A stretch of 64,000 nucleotides of DNA, taken from assembly GCA_947626315.1 (NCBI GenBank), contig CANQRQ010000012.1, forward strand, positions 3,458 through 67,457, read 5' to 3'. The translations under genes and the position numbers were made by a program. The notes under the pieces were generated by a model that saw only the letters and a program-made list of their open reading frames with translations, was not told the origin of the DNA and searched no databases. The stretch comes from an uncultured Oscillospiraceae bacterium. GTDB taxonomy: Bacteria > Bacillota > Clostridia > Oscillospirales > Oscillospiraceae. Shown in pieces: positions 39,591 to 47,721 of the stretch (its first letter is position 1; each line of letters begins with the position of its first letter).

Positions 39591-39899
39591 ATGGCTTTAA
39601 CGAGCAAACAGCGTGCCCAGCTCCGGGGCCTTGCCGCGGGGGAGGACACGATCGTGCAGGTTGGCAAGGGGGGCGTGACCCCCGCCGTGGTGGAGTCTGT
39701 CAGCGCGGCGCTGGCCGCCCGGGAGCTGGTCAAGGGCAAGGTGCTGGAGAATTCCATGCTCAGCGCCCGGGAGGCCTGCGGCCTGCTGGCCGAGCGCTGC
39801 CGGGCGGAGCAGGTGCAGGTGATCGGGACGAAATTTGTCCTGTATAAACGCAACGAAAAAGCGCCTAAAATAGTTCTTGTAAAGGACCGGAAAAAATGA
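39591..39899 (+). CDS. yhbY: Ribosome-assembly RNA-binding protein YhbY (CRM domain)
   Basis: The ATG at 39591 follows GGAGAGAGGA. LTSKQRAQLRGLAAGEDTIVQVGKGGVTPAVV...ELVKGKV is the YhbY pattern. Confidence 0.85.
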   Translation: MALTSKQRAQLRGLAAGEDTIVQVGKGGVTPAVVESVSAALAARELVKGKVLENSMLSAREACGLLAERCRAEQVQVIGTKFVLYKRNEKAPKIVLVKDRKK

Positions 39900-41062
39900 G
39901 GATCGCCCTGTACGGAGGCAGCTTTAACCCGCCCCACCTGGGGCACCGGGAGGCGGCCCTCACCGTCAGCCGGGAGCTGAAGCCGGATCTGTTTTTCATC
40001 ATCCCGGACAATATCCCGCCCCATAAGGACCTGGAGCAGGGCTGCCCCAGCCCGGAGGAGCGGCTGGAGCTCTGCCGCCTGGCCTTTCAGGATGTGCCCG
40101 GGGCCCAGGTATCGGACCTGGAGCTGCGCCGCAGCGGCAGGAGCTACACCGCCGACACGGTGGCCCAGTTTCGGGCGGAATACCCGGCGGACGAGCTCGT
40201 GCTGGTCATGGGGACGGACATGCTGCTGAGCTTTGAGCAGTGGTACCGCTTTGAGTACCTGCTGCGCAGCTGCACCCTGGCCGCCGTGGCCCGGGACGAG
40301 GACGACGAGCGGCGGCTGCGGGAGCAGGCCGCCCGGCTGGAGGAGCGCTGGGGGGCGAAGATCCTGCTTTTGCGCCATGAGCCGCTGCCTATGCAGTCCC
40401 GGGAGCTGCGGGAGCTGCTGCGCCTGCGCATGGGCGCGGATCAGCTCAGCGACCCGGTGTACAGCCGCATCATCCAGAAGGGCTGGTACGACGCCCTGCC
40501 GGAGCTGAGCTGGCTGCGGCAGAAAGCCTACGGCTATCTGGACGGCCGGCGGGTGGCCCATGTGGCCGGCTGCGAGGACGAGGCGGTGCGCCTGGCCAAG
40601 CACTGGGGCGAGCTGCCGGAGCGGGCCGCCACCGCGGCGATTCTCCACGATATGACCAAAAAACTAAATTTCGCGGAACAGTTGAACTTGTGCCGGGAAT
40701 ATGATATCATATGCCATAACGCAGAGCTTGCCCACCCCCGCATTCTCCACGCCATCACCGGCGCGGCCCTGGCCAAGGCGCTCTTCGGCGTGTCTGACGA
40801 GATCGCCTCGGCCATCCGCTGGCACACCACGGGCAAGCCGGACATGACGCTGCTGGAGAAGATCCTCTATCTGGCGGATTATATCGAGCCCACCCGGGAT
40901 TTCCCCGGCGTGGAAGGCCCCCGGGAGCTGGCCTACCGGGATCTGGACAGGGCTTTGGCCCTGGCGCTGAAAAACACCCTGGACGAGCTGCGGGAGCTGG
41001 GCGAGGAGCCCTTTGCGGCGACCGCTGAGGCGTACCGTTGGTACAGCCGTGAATTTGAATAA
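39896..41062 (+). CDS. nadD: Fused nicotinate-nucleotide adenylyltransferase NadD and HD-domain YqeK (Ap4A hydrolase family)
   Basis: N-terminal half has GGSFNPPHLGH (HxGH). C-terminal half has the HD motif AAILHDMTK and ...RWHTTGKPDMTLLEKILYLADYIEP. It is a single 388-aa ORF. Confidence 0.85.
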   Translation: MRIALYGGSFNPPHLGHREAALTVSRELKPDLFFIIPDNIPPHKDLEQGCPSPEERLELCRLAFQDVPGAQVSDLELRRSGRSYTADTVAQFRAEYPADELVLVMGTDMLLSFEQWYRFEYLLRSCTLAAVARDEDDERRLREQAARLEERWGAKILLLRHEPLPMQSRELRELLRLRMGADQLSDPVYSRIIQKGWYDALPELSWLRQKAYGYLDGRRVAHVAGCEDEAVRLAKHWGELPERAATAAILHDMTKKLNFAEQLNLCREYDIICHNAELAHPRILHAITGAALAKALFGVSDEIASAIRWHTTGKPDMTLLEKILYLADYIEPTRDFPGVEGPRELAYRDLDRALALALKNTLDELRELGEEPFAATAEAYRWYSREFE

Positions 41063-41074
41063 GGAGGAAAGAAG

Positions 41075-41434
41075 ATGCTTTCTCCCGCTGAGATCGCCTC
41101 CGTCGCCGTCCGGGCGCTGGAGGAGAAGAAGGCAAAGGACATTAAGGTGCTGAAAATTACGGAGCATACGGTGCTGGCGGATTACTTCGTCATTTGCAGC
41201 GGTTCCTCCGCGCCCCATATCAAGGCGCTGGTGGACGAGGTGGACAGGCAGCTCTCCGAAGTTGGCGAGCCTCCCACGCGCCGGGAGGGGATGCGCTCGG
41301 ATATCTGGGTCCTGATGGATTTCGGCTCCGTGGTGGTGCATGTGTTCACCGAGGAGGCCCGGAAGTTCTATGATTTGGAGCGCTTGTGGGGAGATTCTGA
41401 GGCGGTTCCGCTCTCAGCCCTTCCCAGCCCCTGA
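41075..41434 (+). CDS. rsfS: Ribosome silencing factor RsfS
   Basis: LADYFVICSGSS...WVLMDFGSVVVHVFTEEARKFYDLERLW is the canonical RsfS/DUF143 pattern. Confidence 0.9.
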   Translation: MLSPAEIASVAVRALEEKKAKDIKVLKITEHTVLADYFVICSGSSAPHIKALVDEVDRQLSEVGEPPTRREGMRSDIWVLMDFGSVVVHVFTEEARKFYDLERLWGDSEAVPLSALPSP

Positions 41435-41526
41435 GGAGGCGGGGGAGCACTTGAGCTCCGCCGTCCTCACCCAGGGGCGAAAACAGACGGATACTTGTTT
41501 TTCATAGAAAAGGAGAAAAGCGCCAC

Positions 41527-43953
41527 ATGAAATACGATTTTTCTGCCATAGAGAAGAAATGGCAGCAGCGCTGGGAGGAGACCAAGCCCTACGCGGCGGA
41601 GACTTTCAGCAAGAAGCCCAAGTTCTACGGGCTGATCGAGTTCCCGTATCCCTCCGGCCAGGGTCTGCACGTGGGCCATCCCCGGCCCTTTACCGCCATG
41701 GACATCGTCACCCGCAAAAAGCGGATGGAGGGCTACAACGTCCTGTTCCCCATCGGCTTTGACGCCTTTGGCCTGCCCACGGAGAACTATGCCATCAAGA
41801 ACCACATCCACCCGGCCACCATCACCGAGAACAACATCGTCAACTTCACCAACCAGCTGAAGATGCTGGGCTACGGCTTTGACTGGGACCGGGCCGTGAA
41901 CACCACGGACCCCCAGTACTACAAATGGACCCAGTGGATCTTCCTGCAGCTGTTCAAGAAGGGCCTGGCCTATAAGACCACCATGCCCGTCAACTGGTGC
42001 ACCAGCTGCAAGTGCGTCCTGGCCAACGAAGAGGTGGTCAACGGCGTGTGCGAGCGCTGCGGCAGCGAGGTGATCCGCAAGGAGAAGAGCCAGTGGATGC
42101 TGGCCATCACCAAATACGCCCAGCGGCTGATCGACGATCTGGACGATCTGAACTATATCGAGCGGGTGAAGATCCAGCAGCGCAACTGGATCGGCCGCTC
42201 CACCGGCGCGGAGGTCACCTTCAAGACCACCGCCGGGGACGACCTGGTGGTTTACACCACCCGGCCCGACACGCTCTTCGGCGCCACTTACATGGTCCTG
42301 GCGCCGGAGCACGGCTACGTGAACAAGTGGAAGCCCCTGATCCAAAACTGGGACGCGGTGGCCGCCTATGTGGACGAGGCCGCCCACAAGTCCGACTTTG
42401 AGCGCTCCGAGCTGAACAAGGAGAAGACCGGCGTTCTTCTGGAGGGCGTGATGGCCGTCAACCCGGTCAACGGCCGGGAGATCCCCATCTTTATCTCTGA
42501 CTACGTTCTGGTGACCTACGGCACCGGCGCTATCATGGCCGTGCCTGCCCACGATGACCGTGACTGGGAGTTTGCCAAGAAGTTCGGCTGCGAGATCATC
42601 GAGGTGGTCAAGGGCGGCAACATCGAAGAGGGTGCCTTCACCCTCAAGGACGACACCGGCGTGATGGTCAACTCCGGCTTCCTGGACGGGCTCACCGTCA
42701 AGCAGGCCATCCCCGCCATGAAGCAGTGGCTGGTGGAGCAGGGCGTCGGCGTGGAGAAGGTCAACTACAAGCTGCGGGACTGGGTATTCTCCCGCCAGCG
42801 CTACTGGGGCGAGCCTATCCCCCTGGTCAACTGCGAAAAATGCGGCTGGGTGGCCCTGCCGGAGAGCGAGCTGCCCCTGGTTCTGCCCCAGGTGGAGTCC
42901 TATGAGCCCACCGACGACGGCGAATCCCCCCTGTCCAAGATGACCGACTGGGTCAACACCACCTGCCCCTGCTGCGGCGGCCCCGCCAAGCGGGAGACGG
43001 ACACCATGCCCCAGTGGGCCGGGTCCAGCTGGTACTTCCTGCGCTATATGGACCCCCACAACGACAAGGAGCTGGTCTCCAAGGCGGCCGAGGAGTACTG
43101 GGGCCCGGTGGACTGGTACAACGGCGGCATGGAGCACACCACGCTGCATCTGCTGTACAGCCGCTTCTGGCACAAGTTCCTCTATGATATCGGCGTGGTG
43201 CACACACCGGAGCCCTATGCCAAGCGCACCAGCCACGGCATGATCCTGGGCGAGGGCGGCGAAAAGATGTCCAAATCCCGGGGCAACGTGGTCAACCCCA
43301 ACGACATTGTCAACCAGTACGGGGCGGACACCATGCGCCTGCACATCATGTTCATCGGGGACTTTGAGAAGGCGGTCACCTGGTCCAACGAGGCGGTGAA
43401 GGGCTCCAAGCGTTTCCTGGACCGCTGCTGGAACCTGATGGACCTGGTGGAGGCGGACGAGCACATCTCCGCCCGGAACGAGGCGATCATCCACAAGACC
43501 ATCAAAAAGGTCACCGAGGACATTGACGCCCTCAAGATGAACACCGCCATTGCGGCGCTGATGACCATGGTCAACGAGTTCTACGCCAAGGGCCTCACCA
43601 AGGGCGACCTGGAGCAGCTGCTGCTCCTGCTCAGCCCCTTCGCCCCCCATATTGTGGAGGAGATGTGGGAGCTGACGGGCTTTGCCGCCAAGTACGGCTG
43701 CATGGCCATGCAGCGCCCCTGGCCGGAATATGAGCACGCCAAGACCCTGGACGCGGAGAAGGAGATCGCCGTGCAGGTCAACGGCAAGCTGCGCGCCACC
43801 GTCACCGTCCCCGTGGACGCGGAGGATCAGCTGGTGCTGGACGCCGCTTTGGCCGAGGAAAAGATCAAGCGCCAGATGGCGGGTATGCAGCTGGTGAAGA
43901 CCATTGTGATCAAGAACAAATTAATAAATTTAATTCTTAAGCCTGCAAAGTGA
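41527..43953 (+). CDS. leuS: Leucine-tRNA ligase
   Basis: HVGHP (HIGH) and KMSKS motifs. 808 aa. Confidence 0.97.
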   Translation: MKYDFSAIEKKWQQRWEETKPYAAETFSKKPKFYGLIEFPYPSGQGLHVGHPRPFTAMDIVTRKKRMEGYNVLFPIGFDAFGLPTENYAIKNHIHPATITENNIVNFTNQLKMLGYGFDWDRAVNTTDPQYYKWTQWIFLQLFKKGLAYKTTMPVNWCTSCKCVLANEEVVNGVCERCGSEVIRKEKSQWMLAITKYAQRLIDDLDDLNYIERVKIQQRNWIGRSTGAEVTFKTTAGDDLVVYTTRPDTLFGATYMVLAPEHGYVNKWKPLIQNWDAVAAYVDEAAHKSDFERSELNKEKTGVLLEGVMAVNPVNGREIPIFISDYVLVTYGTGAIMAVPAHDDRDWEFAKKFGCEIIEVVKGGNIEEGAFTLKDDTGVMVNSGFLDGLTVKQAIPAMKQWLVEQGVGVEKVNYKLRDWVFSRQRYWGEPIPLVNCEKCGWVALPESELPLVLPQVESYEPTDDGESPLSKMTDWVNTTCPCCGGPAKRETDTMPQWAGSSWYFLRYMDPHNDKELVSKAAEEYWGPVDWYNGGMEHTTLHLLYSRFWHKFLYDIGVVHTPEPYAKRTSHGMILGEGGEKMSKSRGNVVNPNDIVNQYGADTMRLHIMFIGDFEKAVTWSNEAVKGSKRFLDRCWNLMDLVEADEHISARNEAIIHKTIKKVTEDIDALKMNTAIAALMTMVNEFYAKGLTKGDLEQLLLLLSPFAPHIVEEMWELTGFAAKYGCMAMQRPWPEYEHAKTLDAEKEIAVQVNGKLRATVTVPVDAEDQLVLDAALAEEKIKRQMAGMQLVKTIVIKNKLINLILKPAK

Positions 43954-44054
43954 ACCTTGACAAGGACCCGTTCAGACGCTATAATAATACATGATAAAAG
44001 CCAAGTTTTTGGCCCTTTAGGCGCCCATGTGCGTTTTTGGAGGGAGGGAAATAG

Positions 44055-44240
44055 ATGTCTGAAATTTACGTCAAGGAGAACGAGTCTCTGGACAATGCGC
44101 TGAAGCGTTTCAAGCGCAGCTGCGCCAAGTCCGGTGTTCTGGCTGACCTGCGGAAGAAAGAGTATTATCAGAGCCCCAGCGTCAAGCGCCGTAAGAAATC
44201 CGAGGCGGCCCGCAAGAACAAAAATAAGCGTTACTATTAA
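44055..44240 (+). CDS. rpsU: 30S ribosomal protein S21
   Basis: 61 aa containing ...[50 protein letters not shown]. Confidence 0.95.
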   Translation: MSEIYVKENESLDNALKRFKRSCAKSGVLADLRKKEYYQSPSVKRRKKSEAARKNKNKRYY

Positions 44241-44247
44241 AAAAGAC

Positions 44248-44275
44248 CAACGGCGGCGCAGATGCGCCGCCGTTG
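44248..44275 (+). terminator. Terminator hairpin of rpsU
   Basis: caacggcggcgc-agat-gcgccgccgttg forms a 12-bp stem. The downstream T-tract is weak (attatt). Confidence 0.6.
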
Positions 44276-44286
44276 ATTATTGCGAC

Positions 44287-44322
44287 AGCCCTTCCTCCGG
44301 GACCAGTCCCGGAGGAAGGGCT
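44287..44322 (-). terminator. Hairpin downstream of the zinc-ribbon membrane protein gene
   Basis: agcccttcctccggga-ccag-tcccggaggaagggct forms a 16-bp stem. No clear T-run. Confidence 0.5.
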
Positions 44323-44343
44323 TTAACGCTATGGGTTGCCCGT

Positions 44344-44988
44344 TTACCCGGCCACGGTGAGCAGCTTCTGCGCCACCCGGGCCTGCACCTCGATGTAATA
44401 GGAGGTCTCCGCCGTGTTCATGTCCTCGTCCTCCCACTCTTCGAACGCCTCGGCAAGCTCCATGTATTGGCTCATGTAGCTGGCGTAATCGGCCAGCAGG
44501 CTCAGGTCGCTGCCGTCGGACGCCGCGTATTTCTCCATGAAGGCCACATACTCGTCAATGAAGGCCTCGTAGCTGTCCATAGCCGCCTTGAAATCCGGGT
44601 CCAGACTGTTGTCGTCAGCCTCCTCCTCATCCGCCGGCTCGGATTCCGCCGGTTCTGCCGGCTCCGGCTTGGCCGTCTTCTCCGGCGGGGCCGGCGTGGA
44701 GACCGGCGCCTCCGTGCGGACCTCGGGCTCCGGACCGGCGCCGTCGTCCTTCCGGCCGCGGCAGCTGCTGACCCCCACTATAACGGCGATGAGCACCAGC
44801 AGGATAAACCACCACCGCAGGAAAAAGGGCTTTTTCCTCCTAACCTTCTGCCTGCGCCGGACCTCCTCCGGCACTCCCTGTCCGGCGGCCGGGGGATCCA
44901 GCGTCAAAGTGGGCGCCGCCTCCGCCTTCGCCCCGCATTCCGGGCAGAATTTCCCCTGAAATTCAGCCCCGCACTGCTTGCATTTCAT
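44344..44988 (-). CDS. Zinc-ribbon/TM/extracytoplasmic-domain protein
   Basis: N-terminal CKQCG...CPECG zinc ribbon, a basic stretch and one TM helix (WWFILLVLIAVIVGV). A Pro/Glu linker and an acidic helical C-terminal domain follow. Confidence 0.65.
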   Translation of the reverse strand: MKCKQCGAEFQGKFCPECGAKAEAAPTLTLDPPAAGQGVPEEVRRRQKVRRKKPFFLRWWFILLVLIAVIVGVSSCRGRKDDGAGPEPEVRTEAPVSTPAPPEKTAKPEPAEPAESEPADEEEADDNSLDPDFKAAMDSYEAFIDEYVAFMEKYAASDGSDLSLLADYASYMSQYMELAEAFEEWEDEDMNTAETSYYIEVQARVAQKLLTVAG

Positions 44989-45003
44989 ATTGATTACCTC
45001 CTG

Positions 45004-45456
45004 TTAAATAGTTTGTTCGCTCTGGTTCAGCCGCTCAAGGGCCGGCGCGCCCCCGGCCAGGATAGCGAGGACCTCCCCGTGCAGCCTGTCCAGCGGCTGC
45101 GCGCCGTCCCTGGCCAGCCGGGCCCGCAGGTACCGCGCTGCCAGCAGCCGGTTTTCAGAGAGCCGGACTTGCTCGGAGAGCCGGCAGATCTGCCGGTCCA
45201 GCTCCTCCAGACGCAGAAATTCCTGCTCATCCAGCATGGCCTTCAATTCCCCGTCGGGCCAGGCCAGCTCCTTGCAGAGGGCAATGACCTGGAGCCGTTC
45301 CACGTCCAGGTCCGAGTACAGCCAGTAGCCGCTCTCGGATTTCTCCGACGGCAGGAAAATGCCTCTCTCGATGAAATACTTGATTTTTCGCCTTGGTATT
45401 CCGGTAAGCTTTTCCACCTCCCCCACCGTTTTAACGGCCAATTCTGTTGTGTTCAT
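45004..45456 (-). CDS. MerR family transcriptional regulator
   Basis: wHTH segment TVGEVEKLTGIPRRKIKYFIERGI followed by a coiled-coil dimerisation helix. Confidence 0.8.
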   Translation of the reverse strand: MNTTELAVKTVGEVEKLTGIPRRKIKYFIERGIFLPSEKSESGYWLYSDLDVERLQVIALCKELAWPDGELKAMLDEQEFLRLEELDRQICRLSEQVRLSENRLLAARYLRARLARDGAQPLDRLHGEVLAILAGGAPALERLNQSEQTI

Positions 45457-45652
45457 GCTCTTTCCCCTTCCATAATGATGCTAAAACCGGCCGATATCGG
45501 CCGTCAAGCCTGAAATCCCTCTTTTTTTCAGGATTTCAGACCGCGTCCGCGCCGTCCGGTTTTCCACTATGGAACGTGTTTTTTACGCGAATGGGGGAGG
45601 GGAAGCTGCCCGGAGCGGGGGACAAAAAAGCGAGAAAAAAACCGCCCGGGTA

Positions 45653-45681
45653 TTGACACAGCGTCAGAACAGCGGTATACT
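45653..45681 (+). promoter_or_regulatory. Sigma-A-type promoter of the TetR-flavodoxin-CMD/cupin operon
   Basis: TTGACA (45653-45658), a 17-nt spacer, then TATACT (45676-45681). An imperfect inverted repeat TTGACACAG...CTATGTCAA overlaps it and could be the TetR operator. Confidence 0.6.
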
Positions 45682-45721
45682 AGGGACACTGACACTATGT
45701 CAACAAAAGGAGGGACGGGAA

Positions 45722-46342
45722 ATGCCGAAGGGTTCGCCTGAGCGGACGGAGGCACGCAGGGAGGAGATCATCAACGCCTGCGAGCGGCTCTATCAGACCA
45801 TGAGCTTTAAGGAGATCACCATCAAGGAGATCGGAAACGCCACCAGCTTTACCCGCACATCCATTTACAACTATTTTCAGACAAAGGAAGAGATTTTCCT
45901 GGCCCTGCTGAAGCGGGAATATGAGCTGTGGATCGCTTCCCTGCGCCAGGCGTTTGCGCGGCACGAGCGGCTGAGCAAGGACGAATTTGCCGCCCTGCTG
46001 GCCCTGTCCCTGGAGGAGCGGGCCCAGCTGCTGAAGATCCTGTCCATGAACCACTACGATATGGAGACCGGCAGCCGCCCGGAGCATCTGGCGGCGTTTA
46101 AGGTGGTCTACGGGGAATCCATCCGCACGGTGCGGTCCGGGCTGGATAAATTCTTCCCAGACATGACGGAGCGGGAGAAGCAGGATTTTATTTATACCTT
46201 TTTCCCCTTCCTGTTCGGCATCTACCCCTATACCTTTGTCACCGAGAAGCAGCGCTCTGCCATGGAAGAGGCGGGCGTCAACTATGTGTTCATGACGATC
46301 TATGAGCTCAGCTGTCACTGTGTAAGAAAATTATTAAAATGA
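45722..46342 (+). CDS. TetR/AcrR family transcriptional regulator
   Basis: The ATG at 45722 follows AAAGGAGGGA. HTH segment FKEITIKEIGNATSFTRTSIYNYFQTKEEIF. Confidence 0.85.
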   Translation: MPKGSPERTEARREEIINACERLYQTMSFKEITIKEIGNATSFTRTSIYNYFQTKEEIFLALLKREYELWIASLRQAFARHERLSKDEFAALLALSLEERAQLLKILSMNHYDMETGSRPEHLAAFKVVYGESIRTVRSGLDKFFPDMTEREKQDFIYTFFPFLFGIYPYTFVTEKQRSAMEEAGVNYVFMTIYELSCHCVRKLLK

Positions 46343-46358
46343 TATGGAGGAAAAACCC

Positions 46359-46838
46359 ATGAGCAAAACATTGGTAGCGTATTTCAGCGCCAGCGGGACC
46401 ACGGAGCGCGCGGCCCGGGAGCTGGCAAAGGCGGCGGGGGCGGACCTGTACGCCATCCGGCCCGCGGTGCCCTACACCAAGGCCGATCTGAACTGGATGG
46501 ACAAAAAATCCCGCAGCACCCTGGAGATGAACGACAAGCAAAGCCGTCCCGCCCTGGCGGACCGGGACGCCAACATCGAAGCCTATGACACGGTGCTGCT
46601 GGGCTTCCCCATCTGGTGGTACACGGTGCCCCGGATCGTCAACAGCTTCCTGGAGAGCTACGACTTCTCCGGCAAGAAGATCGTCCTGTTCGCTACCTCC
46701 GGCGGCAGCGGCCTGAGCGGGAGCGCGGCGGCGCTGAAGGGCTCCGTGGCGGCGAACACAAAGCTCATCGAGGGCGGAATGCTCAACGGCGGCCAGACCG
46801 CGGCGGGGCTGAAGGCCTGGGTAGAGAAGGTCCTGTAA
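46359..46838 (+). CDS. Flavodoxin-like protein
   Basis: TLVAYFSASGTTERAA FMN-phosphate loop and ...LLGFPIWWYTVP. The ATG at 46359 has a GGAGGA RBS. Confidence 0.8.
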   Translation: MSKTLVAYFSASGTTERAARELAKAAGADLYAIRPAVPYTKADLNWMDKKSRSTLEMNDKQSRPALADRDANIEAYDTVLLGFPIWWYTVPRIVNSFLESYDFSGKKIVLFATSGGSGLSGSAAALKGSVAANTKLIEGGMLNGGQTAAGLKAWVEKVL

Positions 46839-46850
46839 GGAGGCGCGCGC

Positions 46851-47606
46851 ATGGAAAAGATCACACAGACCGCGGGCCGGAATCAGCTGGGCGATTTCGC
46901 GCCGGATTTTGCCCATTTTAACGACGACATTCTCTTCGGCGAGAACTGGAACAATCAAGACATCGACCTGAAGACCCGCTGCATCCTCACCGTGGTGGCG
47001 TTGATGTCCTCCGGGGTGACGGACTCCTCCCTGGTGTACCACCTGGAGAACGCCAAGGCCCACGGCGTGAGCCGGGCGGAGATCGCCGCCATCGTGACCC
47101 ACGTGGGCTTCTATGTGGGCTGGCCCAAGGCCTGGGCGGTGTTCCGCCTGGCCAAGGACGTGTGGAAGGAGGCGGAGCCGGCGCTGACGGAGAAGGACCG
47201 GTATCAGAGCACGCTCCTGTTCCCCATCGGCGCGCCCAACGACGGCTTCAAGCAGTATTTCAGCGGCCAGAGCTACCTGGCCCCGGTGTCCAAAGAGCAG
47301 GTGGGCATTTTCAACGTGACCTTTGAGCCCGGCTGCCGGAACAACTGGCACATCCACCATGCGGATAAGGGCGGCGGGCAGATCCTGATCTGCGTCGGCG
47401 GCCGCGGGTATTACCAGGCCTGGGGAGAGGCAGCCGTGGAGCTGAAGCCCGGCGACTGCGTGAACATCCCCGCCGGGGTCAAGCACTGGCACGGGGCCGC
47501 GCCGGACAGCTGGTTTTCTCACCTGGCCGTGGAGGTGCCGGGGGAGAACGGCTCCAATGAGTGGCTGGAGCCGGTGACGGACGCCCAGTACAGCGCTTTA
47601 AAATAA
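46851..47606 (+). CDS. Carboxymuconolactone decarboxylase (AhpD-like) domain fused to a cupin domain
   Basis: N-terminal half LDLKTRCILTVVALMSSG...HLENAKAHGVS is CMD-like. C-terminal half has NNWHIHHADKGGGQILICVGGRGYY...GDCVNIPAGVKHWHGA, a cupin metal site. Confidence 0.75.
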   Translation: MEKITQTAGRNQLGDFAPDFAHFNDDILFGENWNNQDIDLKTRCILTVVALMSSGVTDSSLVYHLENAKAHGVSRAEIAAIVTHVGFYVGWPKAWAVFRLAKDVWKEAEPALTEKDRYQSTLLFPIGAPNDGFKQYFSGQSYLAPVSKEQVGIFNVTFEPGCRNNWHIHHADKGGGQILICVGGRGYYQAWGEAAVELKPGDCVNIPAGVKHWHGAAPDSWFSHLAVEVPGENGSNEWLEPVTDAQYSALK

Positions 47607-47655
47607 AAGAATAAACAGACAGGGCGCCGAAAGATCGACGCTCTGCCTGCTTTAT

Positions 47656-47721
47656 TTGCTTATTTTTTTTTCTGAAAACGATCTCTCCGATGAGCTTCTT
47701 GCCCCGGCCGCAGCAGTTCCT
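47656..47721 (-). pseudogene. Remnant 3' end of a paralogous DUF4179-type anti-sigma gene, in frame behind the LRR gene stop codon
   Basis: Directly after the LRR TAA the minus strand reads ...GKKLIGEIVFRKK... This is near-identical in DNA to the 3' end of the 50173..51207 gene (KKLIGEIVFRKK*). The same downstream ctg(c/t)ctgctttatttgcttA tract follows both. Confidence 0.7.

Noticed and set aside
44134-45513. 459-aa plus-strand ORF spanning the rpsU 3' end, two terminators and the antisense strand of the zinc-ribbon and MerR genes.
   Set aside because: It crosses two strong terminator hairpins and intergenic DNA. The minus-strand genes have a clear zinc ribbon/TM layout and a MerR HTH. It has no RBS.
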